Shown one piece after another: positions 1 through 11,470 of a stretch of DNA of 64,000 nucleotides. Location of the stretch: contig NC_068988.1 of NCBI RefSeq assembly GCF_001194135.2, forward strand, positions 13,323,353-13,387,352, in the 5' to 3' direction. The notes under the pieces are model-generated. The model saw only the letters and a program-made list of their open reading frames with translations, did no database searches and was not told the origin of the DNA. This stretch comes from Octopus bimaculoides. Its lineage: Eukaryota. Positions within the stretch are counted from its first letter, which is position 1. Each line of letters opens with the position of its first letter. The translations under genes and the position numbers were made by a program.

Positions 1-81
1 AGCCCAAGATTATGCCAGCAGAGTGGAACTGAACCCCAACTTTGTAAGCATTCAACCATAAGTTGTAAGAATTATACTTAC

Positions 82-183
82 TGATACAATATCAGCAATA
101 CATTTGCTTGTGTTTCCTTTATCATCTTTGATGGTAATTGGGCGATCCTCTTTTATCCGTTCCAAGGCAGCAGGGCAGTCAAG
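82..183 (-). CDS. VPS28: VPS28 exon 6 ([34 protein letters not shown])
   Basis: 102 nt, atccag acceptor, GTAAGT donor. Confidence 0.96.
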
Positions 184-3100
184 CTGGATAAATCATTAAT
201 TTGTAAGTATTTATATCAAATATGTATTATATATTTATAATATACAATATATTAAAATATTTATAACATGTTTAATATCTATATTACATATTTATAACAT
301 ACATTTAATATTTATATTAAATTATGTTTAATGAACATATTGTATTTACAGCATTAACAGAATACTAAAAATGGCTCTGTATCCATTTACATTTCATATC
401 AATTACTTGTAAAATATTCCAGGAAATGAAAACAAAATCATAAGAGAAAAATGAAGAACAAATCAAAGACAGACACCATGTTCAGAAATATCTTTTTTCA
501 CAAGGCAAAGACTTCATTAGTTGATGAATATTGTGTTTAAGGGAAATCAACAAATGAAATGCAGGTGGAAGGATTAGAAGAGTTGTTTATCCCCAAGTCA
601 GACTACACAGTCATGATCATCTCCTCTTCTCACATATTGTGTAGTTAAGAATATATATAATCCAATGTGCCTCTCCATTACGTAAGGTGTAAGTTGTGGG
701 TCTCATTCTCAAGATTTTTGAAGCCAATGGTATTTCACCAGAATCCCATTCCCGCAGTTTCTGTAATCTGTTTCACTAAAAACCAGTTGCAGTAATTTGC
801 TCTCATACTAGTGTCTGACTGAATAAAAATATCCCCCTTTCATTAAAGAAATCAGTCAAGTGTATCCTGATATTTTAATGGTCAGCATTAGCAACAGAGC
901 TGATAGCATCAAATGAATAACTTGTCTAGCTCAATGTAGCAACCAAATATCCCCACTCAAAGAAAACTTTACAGTATTTAAAAAGAGGGTCACATACTTG
1001 AAAAACCAAGTCTTAAGTCTATTTTCTCATGATAAAAATAGGGGGGTCACAGAAATTTTTTTTTTTTTTAAATTGGCTCATAACTGTCATAGTACACAAC
1101 TTGGTTTGAAATCAAAAGTAAATCCATGAGTTGGTAAGGCTCAGGTTACAGTGTTGAAGAGTATTTGATGAATGGGATACAGTAACATTTTTGCTATGAA
1201 AACAAAGCAATTTCATTTTGGATTCTATCCAACAGACGTACTGTCTCCACCTTTCTACCACTGCTAGAATGGCCTCTACCCACTGCAACCAGTAGTTTGT
1301 GTACCCTCCCCACCATCCACATATTCTTCCTCTGGCTACAGTTCCCTTTCCCACCAATGTTTTTTCCTGCAATCATCAATCTGAAGATGTTTAAGATGAA
1401 CATCATCTGCATTGATCTTGGAGGACTCAGGAAGACCATTGGGCACCAGTCTTGGAGGAATAGTAAAAACCATGGGTACCAGTCTTGGAGAACTTGTGAA
1501 GACTAAGAGCACAATCCCTTCCTCATGATTAAACCATTGAATAAAAAATACTTGATGTCTCATCTATACTTTCAGTAATTCTACATTGAGAGCTACTTAC
1601 ACGGTATTTTTTCATAAAGTCTTCAACAGTGGGAAAGGCATTACATTGTACTTGTTTGAATGCTGCCTTGTATTGGACTAACAGTTTGGAACAGGCTGCT
1701 GTATATCTGGCAAAATAAAGATATACTGATACAATACAAACAACTGAAAGATAAAATCAGAAGGGAGTTTAATATTAAAAAACCCAAAAAAACAACCTAA
1801 TGTTTCAACAAAATTTCAGACAAATTAAAACAATATCACTAATCACAGCTGTTTCATTTGTGTGCTTATAAGGTTATTCTGCAAGTCAAGTGTGTGTGTG
1901 TGTGTGTTTGTAGATTGTACTTGATGCTAAGCTACTTAAAGTGTCATGTCTGAAAGATAAGATCAAGACACAAAAAGGTTGTTTTCTAGTGATTGCTCTC
2001 TTGTCTTTCACCGTGCAGAGGACATGCCAAAGCATTGTAGCTGCGTTTTAAAATGCAGCCATAAAGTTAAACTTGAAAACTAACATCTGGAAACCCAGAG
2101 TTTGTCACCAGCTAAATTCTAATTTGAATCAAAGGGCATAACCTGGACCCATTATTATCAGTGGGAAGGAGCTCGTAGAAGCTAACCATTTTACCTATGT
2201 GGGGAGTACAATCAGTAATGATGGTAGGCTATATCACAATCTGGATCAACTAGGTCACAGGATAAGTAAGGCCACTTTGCTGAAGAGTGAGAAGCCTGAG
2301 CTCCATGTCTGTTTTGGCTTGGTTTCTATGGCAGGATGCCCTTCCTAACACTAACCACAATGCACTTGTTTCTATTTCCATCTAGCGAATCCATTGACAA
2401 GGGTTTGGTTGGATTATAGTTATAGTCGAAGGGAGGGTCAAGTTATCTGTCTTCCAGTGTAGTTTAATACTGCAGGCTGGAAGCTGGGGGAGGAGGGGGT
2501 GACATGGATTAATTAGGGAGATTCTGAGGAGATAGATTTGGGGAAGAGGAGAATAGGCAGCTGCATCGAATAACTCTGGGGAACAAAGGATATAGAATCA
2601 ATAAGTTCAGGAGAGCAAATCTTTTGTTGCAAGAATGGCCTTAGGAAGGGTATTCAACTGTAGAAACCATACCAAATCAGACATTGGAACATGATGCAGT
2701 CTTTGAACCCACTAGATCCTGTGAAACCATTCAATTCATGCCAGCAAAGAATATGCACATTAAATGATGATGATGAATGAATAGAAGAAGAGGAAAAGAC
2801 AGAATACTTCTGGATGGTAAATCAAGAGTACAGACAGCTGCTGTTTAGCCCCAGGTCAGTATGATCAGATGGATCAAAGGCATACTAATCACCATCTTTT
2901 TGTATATCTAGGTTTACAAGGTTCAATGTATCCTTCCTTTTCTTTAAAACTGCAGAATGTGATTTAGAGGGAGATTTGACTGCTATTTCCAGAAGGTTGA
3001 GTGACTGTATAAAAGCTTCCTCATTGACACGAGTATTTAATGACGTGTGTGTGTGTGTGTACTAGTTTTCAATTACGTGAACAGTGTAGTGCATGATGTG

Positions 3101-6100
3101 TTTATGTTTCACAATAAGTCAACAGATATTTGAGAATTAAATATTTCTATTTCCTAGAAAAAAGCTAGTCTATTTTAATGACAGATATAATAAAAATATA
3201 TTCATATCAACAGAAATTATTTGTAAACAAACAAGTGTCATATTATGCTAACATTAGAGAGAAATGTAACAATTAAAAAAAATCTGAATCAAAAGAAATC
3301 ATTACAAACCCAAGATAGATGTTAGCGATTTTCTTTAAAACAAACATGAAGAAGCAAATATATTTAAGTATCTGGGGCCTAATACAATGCCCTACAGCTA
3401 GTATAGATAAGTAGATATAATACAAAAATATTTAACTGAACAAAGTGAATACAGACTCTTTTGGTAGGACAGCATCTTTGATATATGCTTTCTCTAAACT
3501 CTGTAATGTGTTAATTACAGCATAAAGGTCAGCCATGTTGTCATATCTGAAATTATAAAAATATAAACATCATAATGAAATGGTTGTAAGAGGGAGGATG
3601 GGGGGGGGGCAAAAACAGTCTGAACTAGGATAGGCACAATGCCTCAATGTTTGGAAGTAAAGCAGGCTGAAGATTTTATATTGATCCCCAAAACTTGACT
3701 GAAATTTTATTATATTGGACGATGAGAGAGGAAGTACCTTGACAGGACTGGACTTGGATGATTAAGAGATATTTAGTATTCAAAGATTTTCATAATAATC
3801 TATTTTTTGTTGCTTTAATTGATAAGGTCAGTTGTATAATTAAGGATATAAATAACTACTTACTTTTCTCTTTCACGGGCAGTGCGGTGTAGTTTCACCT
3901 CCTACAAAGTGGAAAATAGTATAATACGATAGTTTAATGTGTGTGTGTGTGAGTGTAATTGTGTAAATATAAATCATCATCCTAATATCCATTTTTATCA
4001 TGATAGTACGAGCTGGACAAGCTCTGCTATAGCCAGTCTCAAGCCTGGTTGAGAAAAGAGGAGACTGGCAGATGCAGGGTTAGTGACCATGAACTCAGTT
4101 TTCTAAATTGCTACTGAAACACCAACAAGAGAACATGTGAAACTGGTCCTGGTAAGGGAATGTAGTCCTCAGAGATTGTGTATGAAGCAATGTAGAGAAA
4201 ACCAAAAGGAAGCTATGATGTGGAACAGCCTTCTCTCACCAAAGACCAAAAAACACATGAAGATCCACAAAACTAAAGCACTGGCTGCAGCCACACCTGA
4301 GGACAACTTCGATCCATTGCCAAAGACTGAGACAGAGATCTCTTGTTGGCACTCTATGCTCCATATAGAGCCAAAGGGATTAAACTAACATGGGTTAGAT
4401 AAGACATTGAGCTAATTTTTCTATGGCCAAACAGTCTTCTTCTCACCAACTGTACTTGATTCCAAGTCAGGTACCATTTCTCCTAGTCTTTTGAATAATG
4501 ACCCATTCAACAGCTAGACACGTTCTGGGGGCAGATGTAAAAACGATGACACTGATTACACGGTGATTTTATTTTTAGGCAACATGCAAACAAAATACAC
4601 ACACACAACCAGGTTCTGCTCATTGTGCCATGTAGCACGAACGTATCCTCTGAAACTACATGGTTTTGAAGAGAACCTAACCCAGTGTTTCTCAACCCTT
4701 TTACCTTTGCGTAACCCTTAAAATAAATTACATGTCTCAAGGAACCCTTGCACAAAATAAATTATACACAATATCTTTCTCATATTTTTTTTATTGTAGT
4801 TGAGAAATACTAACTTAAACACACAGTTATATAGGGATCTCTGTGTGTGTGTGTGTGTGTGTACACTCACACATATGTGTATGTGTGTGTGTGTATATAT
4901 ATATACACTCACTAGTATGGATAGATACATACATATATATATATGAGAGAGAGACTATATAACCCTTAATAGGTCATAGGAGTGAAACTTATGAATCATG
5001 ATCTATGTCAAGAGCAAGCCAGCCTGGTAGACCCCCTCCACTCTTCAGGCTATGTGGAGAATATTTGTCTTTATTGCCCACAGGTGCTAAACATAGAGGG
5101 GACAAACAAGGACAGACAAAGGGATTAAGTCGATTACATCGATCCCAGTGCATAACTGGTACTTATTAAATTGACCCCGAAAGGATGAAAAACAAAGTCG
5201 ACCTCGGCAGAATTTGAACTTGGAACATAACGGCAGATGAAATACCGCTAAGCATTTCACCGAAGTAAATGAAATTCTCTAACTGTCAAGGACTTAAACC
5301 ACTGTCACTTAATCTTAGAACACTACATCTGACTCACGCACTAATTAAAATAGTTCGTTTCTATTAAAAGCAAAGCATATTACTCCCGTTCTACCTTCCT
5401 TTCTCTTGAGATGCTTTCACTGCATTCATTCCCTTCTTTCTCCACTTCCATGGTACCCTCCAGCCATTCTTTTATCTGGCAGTATTCACCCACCTCTCCT
5501 CCACCCTCTCCTTCTCTTTCACTGTCCTCTCTCTCTGTCACTTTAACACTCTCTCATCTCTCCCTTCACCCCCATCTGACACTGTCACTACTCTCTTAAC
5601 CTGCAGTGACCCTCTCCCCACAGCCTCTCAAGTTCCTGGTCAGCCTCCACTCTTTCTCTATCACATGGTCTCTTCACACCTGCCCCATCCATATTTATTC
5701 TTACAACTTGGGGCAGTACTGGATCCCCCTACAACAACCCATCCCACCACTCTTCTATGCTGTCCCACTTGTTCACACAAGGCCCTGACACTAACTCATT
5801 CCCTAGCCATCTCTTCCATACAGCATCAACTCTGTTACTCTCTCAATAATAAATCTATTCCTCTCACTATATTTCACCATCTCATCACTTTGTCTCAAAT
5901 CACCACCACCCTCTCTCTCTCTGTTATTCCATTCCTGTCTAGGCAGTTCTTTTTAGTTTTGGTGCTGGGACCATGGAAAACAAGCATCCACTACACTGTT
6001 AAGTAGTTGGTATTTGGAAGGACACACAAACAGAAACAATGCAAAATCTGAGACATTTAGAGGATGGTGCATAACTTACCACATTAGAACCATTTGAACC

Positions 6101-9100
6101 ATCTAACCCATGCTGGCATGAAAGGTGGATGTAAACTAATGATAGCGATGTATAATTTCAGTGCTTGCATGTTGTCATGATCATTCAATGTCCATTTACC
6201 ATGCTGGCATGGGCTGGGTGGTTTCACAGAATCTGGTGAGCTGCAAAGCCACATCAAACTCCACTGTCAGCATGGTTTCTATGGCCAGATATCTTTCCTA
6301 ATATCAACCGCTTTACAGTGTGTACTTGGTGCTTGCCATGTAAACTTGCAAGACAGAAAAAGAACGGGGAGGGGGGGAGAAAGCTCCCACTATTAAAAGG
6401 GGTGTTTCAGAAGGAAAGGTGGAGGTGAGTGGCTAAAGTATGATAAGAGGCCAAGCACAGGTGTCTTGCTGTAGAGGAGATGCATGGCTGAAGGAATCAC
6501 ATCTACATTTTTTGTCCAGGTAGTTTATATTAGTGAGGAACACAGGGAAAGGTTTCACTAAAACATTGCAACAAGTATAGCTTATGGTAAGAGGTTTGCT
6601 TCCCAACTGCATGGTTTCAGGTTCATTTCCACTGCATGGCACCTTGAACATGTGTCCACTGCCTCAAGCTGACCAAAGCGTTGTGAGTGGATTTGGTAGA
6701 TGGAAACTGAAAGAAGCGCAGTATGCATATGTGTGTGTGTGTTTCCTTGTCTTGACATTGCCTGGCTGTTGTAAATGAAGTCATTCATTTCCAATATTCT
6801 GCGAATAGATGTCTGGCCCGAGGAAATATTACCTTGCTTGGAAACAAGTGAGGGTTGGTAACAGGAAGGGCATTTGGCCATAGAAAATCTGCCTCAATAA
6901 ACTCCATCTGACCCTTGCAAGCATGGAAAAGTGGACATTAAAATAATGATGGTTGTAACAATGAAAAGTATCAAGGCCACTGGGATACTACACATGGCCT
7001 CTGGGGAGAAATCATGAAAGCATTCATGAAAAGTGAAATCTCTTCAAAGCACTTTCCATTTTAATTTTTTAACAGTTTCATAATTTCTGAGTTTGACAAC
7101 TATTTTATTTATTGAATACATTTATTTGGAAAATTTCAAGCAAAGTAAAGAAAATATTTCAAATGTGTCAATTATTTTACTTGTTTAGAAAATTTTTAGC
7201 AAATTAAATATGTGATAACGATGATGAAAGGAATAAAAATGAAGCTAGAATTTAGCCCTAGGTGAAATTTGCATTATGTAAAGATTTTATACAAGACAAA
7301 AATTACTTAGGAAAATATCAATGATAGGTGGAAGTCAGGACCGTTTTTGAACTCCGCACCAGAATATACATACATACATATAGACAAAACAGAAAAAAAG
7401 GTCAGGTAAACAAAATGTGTTACTTAGTGTTATCAGGTCATGTCAGGGTTAGGGTTAGATTCATGCATTGCTGCATTCACTATTTGCAAGTATATTCTCA
7501 GGTTCTCCTGGGGGACCCATTGAGCATTGGCCCACTGAGCCTCCTCCATCTTTGCAAGATACCTCCACATCTGCAGTGACGATGTGGACTGTCATGACCA
7601 ACATGAGCCATCAACCAAGCTGGAATCTCAATGAAGAGAACACAGTAAGCAGTGACTAACTCGGAAAACTGAACAATATGGTCTAACAGGCTGAGCTTGT
7701 ATGTAGTGTTATCAATCTCATCTTTCGTAGCAACTCATTAACTGAATTTATCATGAACCTTAGTTCTCACAGTGAATGCAGGCTGAGTCATAACCCATGG
7801 AATTGTTTGTATCAAATCACAGACTCTTAACAAGATTGAGGAATATCATCATTTTAATGTCCACTCTCCCATGCTAGCATGGGTTGGAAGGAATTTGCTG
7901 AATCAGATTCTCTACAGCTGGATGCCCTTCCTATCACCAACCTTCATCTGTTTCTAAGCAAAGTAATATTTTCCCGTAGGTAACATTTTCATGGACGATC
8001 AGAAATGAAGGACATCACTTGTATGACAGTGACACTCATTTGACATATTGTCAAGAAAAGGACACACACACACACATGCATAGATGATGGGCTTCTTTCC
8101 AGCTACAAAATCCACTCACAAGGATTTGGTCAGCCAAGGGCTACAGTGGAGACACTTGCCAAAGTTTCCACGCAATGGGACTGAACCTGGAAGCAAACTT
8201 CTTCACCATCACAAGATTAAAAGAAAACATGCAAACGGGTATATTAATTCAATCAACATTAACTATTAAACAGTAAATATAATTCTCTGAGTGGTTGGTG
8301 TTAAGAAGGGCATCCAGCTGTAGAAACTCTGCCAAATTAGATTGGAGCCTGGTGTAGCCATCCGGTTGCACCAGTCCTCAGTCAAATCGTCCAACCCATG
8401 CTAGCATGGAAAGCGGACGTTAAACGATGATGATGATTAAGAAAAATGTACTTACCTCATAAAGGTCAGGATTAGTGGCAGATGCTGGAAAAATAAATTA
8501 AAAATGACTTGAAATAAAAATAATACTTGAGGGAACTGATGAAATATCAAAAAATAAAAATGGTTTAATGTACAGAATAAGAATTATATTCAATAAGAAA
8601 AAATTTGTAAATGATGAACCCAATCTTTACCCATCATGTCTCCTTCCTCATACTTTAACCTCTCATCATCTGGTATATAAACCCACCTCCCTCAATACTA
8701 CACCCATCTTGAAGGGTCTTGTCTTGCAAGTAACTTGGTGACCTCACTAGTGTCAGTGCCATGTAAAGAGCACCCAATACTCTTTATAAAGTGTTAGGCA
8801 TTAGGAAGGGTATCCAGCCATAGAAACCATGCCAAAGTATGGCCGGGGTATGATGATGTGTATTCAAGAGAGCAAAGACCCACAGGTTTTTTACCCTTTT
8901 GAGAGAGAGAATGATTAGGAAAGTTAAAAGCAGAAAGACTGTCAGAGAAAAGTAAGTTGAAGTTGTAGAAGATGTTTTGTTGAAGAGGAAAGGAAAATGA
9001 AAGATCATGGAAAAAGGGAACAACTCCCTCTTTACGTCTCACTGTTGATGGTTCCACCTGTTTACTAGAAACATTACTGACTCACACTTCTACCACAACT

Positions 9101-10677
9101 TCCCCCTCTGTACCTTCTCATACTAAAACTGCCATCCCATTCTCACAATTTCTTCACATCTGTCAACAATATAGTAAAGATTTGGATCTTCATTCAAAGT
9201 CTAAGAAAATGCTCATAGGGTTACCTTTGGAGCATTAGTCAACCCCTCGATGCAGTGATCCAAGATTAATGACAAAACTTCTACATTTTTACTTTATACT
9301 CATGCATACACAAAAACAGACTTCCCTTTCTTATAATCTTTCATTTGTCTGCCCAACATCTTCAATGAATCATCCTCTACAATTTCCATCCTCTCCTCTC
9401 ACTGTTTTTGTCTTTCCCAATCCTCCCCTCCTCTATTCCAAGAGGAACAAAACCTGTAGAGTATCTTAGTTAGAAGCCACCCTCCCAACTGTAACACACA
9501 GCTCAGCACCTTCAAAATGCTCTCATTCTGCTGGATATACTTCTCTCTACATCTCCACAACAGGTTAATAACTGGCTCAAAAACTCAATTAATTCCATGT
9601 CACTGACTAATTTGATTGAATTTCCACAAACCTCATATATTACATCCAATGTACTCATTTCATCATCTGCCCAGAATGCAAACAAATCTTGCAGTTTCCT
9701 AAAAATTTTACTCTTTCAATGACTCACAATGAAGTTGTCACGGTAAAAATATTTACTTAATTCACATTTTTCGTGACAGTTCTACTTGGTTTGACCAAGT
9801 TTAACCCTTCTGATACCAACCCACTTGAGCTTCCCCTCCCTTTGGTTCTCTGATACAAACTTCCTGTCTTTAAGGGATCTAAACTAAAACCTTCCATTAA
9901 AATTTCATCTTATGTTCTAAATGTCATCCTAATAATGACAAAGTTATTTTACTAAATGCATGATTGTTTTCAAAATCATTTGAGACAGAAATATGGTAAC
10001 AAAAGGATTAAAGACTTATCCATAATTGGCAGCAGTTCCCTAGCTACCAACTGCTGCAACTCTTGCAAATTAAAACACCTAGCCTCACGCTTTTCCTTGA
10101 CATTTTTGAAGATGCAAGCTTTTTTTCCGCTCATGTTGGGCGAAACTTTCTTTGATTAATTTGTGTGTGGAAGTATTCATGAGGGAGTACCATACTTTTA
10201 TTTTGTCTTTAGGAAAACACTTTCAACTTCGCTTTTATTTTGGGGCATTAGTCAGTGAAATAACAAGGAAAGTAAAAGTATGTAAAATTGTTGTCAGTAG
10301 TTATCTTTCGTCATTTTTTTCCATTTTACTCTTTTGCAAATTTTTTTGCATAACGAAATATATTCTAACTTAACATTTAAACAATTTTCACGGTCGAACA
10401 ACATCCAAGGCTAGAAGCAACAAGAGGAAGGATGAAACGAGAGAAACGCGATCTAAAAAATTGTTTAGGAACAGCCAACAATAACTGAGCACGAATGTGA
10501 AGGGTACCTAAAGGATCAAAAACGGCAATGAAAGAATTCCAGTAATATATATATCGACACACGTACATATATGTATATATATATATACACACACACACTT
10601 AAGAAATGAGATATAAAACATCAAATAATACATATACCTCAGTATACATGTGTAGATAGGGACAAGTTTATACGTAG

Positions 10678-10717
<40 letters not shown>

Positions 10718-11250
10718 NNNNNNNNNNATACAAATGTAGTTTAATGTGTTACACCCATATTCATATCAACCAAGGCTATACTGTAAGGCTTAGAATAAGT
10801 TTCCCATCACAGTAAAAAGCCTAATGTCTTATTTTATATTTAAAACATAAATTAAAATATAAACAATTCCATAAATATATCTTAATGTCTTAGAGACACA
10901 TTAGACACATTAAAGGTGTTTATAGTTTTTCGATACAATTATCTGAACTTATTATAATTTTGTATTTTTACAACCTAAATTAAGACGTTAAATGTGGCTG
11001 GGGGAAGTTTATATAAAGATTAAAACATTGAAACATCGTTGATAAAACATCAGAAATGAAATAAAAATGTATTTTCTAAAAGATAATCAACGGAAATAAC
11101 ATTGCTTTGCCGACATAAACAATAATTGGAGGAAGACAAAGTGAAAGAAATGGGGTGATTTAAAGCGATTAAACGTAGACTAGATAAATATGAAGCTATA
11201 GAAATGAACTAACCTGCTCCATGGGAGTTTTGTGGTATCTGGGCAAACAT
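82..11250 (-). CDS. VPS28: Vacuolar protein sorting-associated protein 28 (ESCRT-I subunit), gene span; 3' part lies outside the window
   Basis: Exons 11214-11250, 8456-8484, 3864-3901, 3457-3546, 1601-1706 and 82-183 join in frame at GT-AG sites: [134 protein letters not shown]. This matches the VPS28 N-terminal domain motifs ([39 protein letters not shown]). Confidence 0.97.
1416..1506. repeat. Short tandem repeat, about 33-nt unit, about 2.7 copies
   Basis: TCTTGGAG...CCATGGGTACCAG-like unit recurs at about 1416, 1450 and 1483. Confidence 0.6.
1601..1706 (-). CDS. VPS28: VPS28 exon 5 ([18 protein letters not shown]...MKKYR)
   Basis: 106 nt, ttgccag acceptor, GTAAGT donor. Confidence 0.96.
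1990..2285 (+). mobile_element. RTE-type LINE reverse transcriptase relic
   Basis: Degenerate ...[24 protein letters not shown]...RISKA, the F.YLGS motif downstream of YADD. Confidence 0.65.
3457..3546 (-). CDS. VPS28: VPS28 exon 4 ([30 protein letters not shown])
   Basis: 90 nt, tttcag acceptor; donor GA|GTCTGT is forced by the frame of the next exon. Confidence 0.93.
3864..3901 (-). CDS. VPS28: VPS28 exon 3 ([13 protein letters not shown])
   Basis: 38 nt, ttgtag acceptor, GTAAGT donor. Confidence 0.95.
4130..4395 (+). mobile_element. RTE-type LINE 3' end relic
   Basis: Degenerate RPKNTW...TWGQL.SIAKD.DR-like C-terminus; a related relic lies at about 51600-51840. Confidence 0.5.
4683..4812. 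mobile_element. hAT-type MITE
   Basis: TIRs CAGTGTTTCTCAAC / GTTGAGAAATACTA; flanking 8-mers ACCTAACC / ACTTAAAC (6/8) as a decayed TSD. Confidence 0.7.
5064..5261 (-). mobile_element. tRNA-derived SINE, family A (CTTTCATCCTTTCGGGGTC core)
   Basis: B-box-like GTTCAAATTC and shared core; related copies at about 11530-11640 (+), 26450-26590, 38280-38470 and 40325-40545 (-). Confidence 0.8.
8285..8437 (+). mobile_element. SINE/LINE 3' tail element ending in (GAT)n, young copy
   Basis: GGTTGG..TTAGGAAGGGCATCCAGC...CCAACCCATGCTAGCATGGAAAGCGGACGTTAAACGATGATGATG; many further copies in the window (e.g. 2630-2775, 24700-24840, 29720-29830, 40670-40990, 42420-42835, 49860-49990). Confidence 0.85.
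8456..8484 (-). CDS. VPS28: VPS28 exon 2, 29-nt microexon (SATNPDLYE)
   Basis: ttccag acceptor, GAG|GTAAGT donor, phases 1 to 0. Confidence 0.9.
9020..9620 (+). mobile_element. Penelope-like retroelement relic
   Basis: Degenerate [29 protein letters not shown] and [10 protein letters not shown], resembling the PLE HP..TK.SIPYSQFLRLRRIC and PP.I.FKR..NL motifs. Confidence 0.5.
9805..10007. mobile_element. piggyBac-type MITE, family 2
   Basis: TTAA|CCCTTCTGATACC ... GGTAACAAAAGGA|TTAA; related partial copy at about 61190-61390. Confidence 0.65.
11214..11250 (-). CDS. VPS28: VPS28 coding exon 1 ([12 protein letters not shown])
   Basis: 37 nt, phase-1 donor CAG|GTTAGT; resembles the vertebrate MFHGIP start. 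Confidence 0.85.
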
Positions 11251-11470
11251 TGTCTCCTCCACAAACTAGCAGGAGGAAGACAAGACGAACGAACACAGTT
11301 TGGATGGGAGAAGAAACAGTCTGGACAAGAATTGGAGGAAGAACGATAAATCTGGATGGCTTTGATATCTGACAATGAATCATCAAAACTACAGTAGCAC
11401 TTAAGTGCAATAATATCGAACGGCGTTTTTAACCATTTTAACTGTCTGCGAATGAACTTCAAAAATAAGT
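11251..11470 (-). promoter_or_regulatory. Putative VPS28 5'UTR and core promoter
   Basis: Local CpG enrichment, pyrimidine-rich leader on the minus strand and a YY1-like AAAATGG at 11433-11439; transcription start not determinable. Confidence 0.35.

Noticed and set aside
1112-1563. Overlapping short ORFs in VPS28 intron 5
   Set aside because: ORFs on both strands across a short tandem repeat, with no motif or splice-phase fit.
3447-3456. U12-type intron explanation for the odd VPS28 donor
   Set aside because: No GTATCCTT 5' signature and no TCCTTAAC branch site near the acceptor.
10390-10403. Alternative VPS28 first exon MLFD|P
   Set aside because: The donor GTGAAA is weaker, and 11214-11250 fits the known MFxxIP start and 37-nt length much better.
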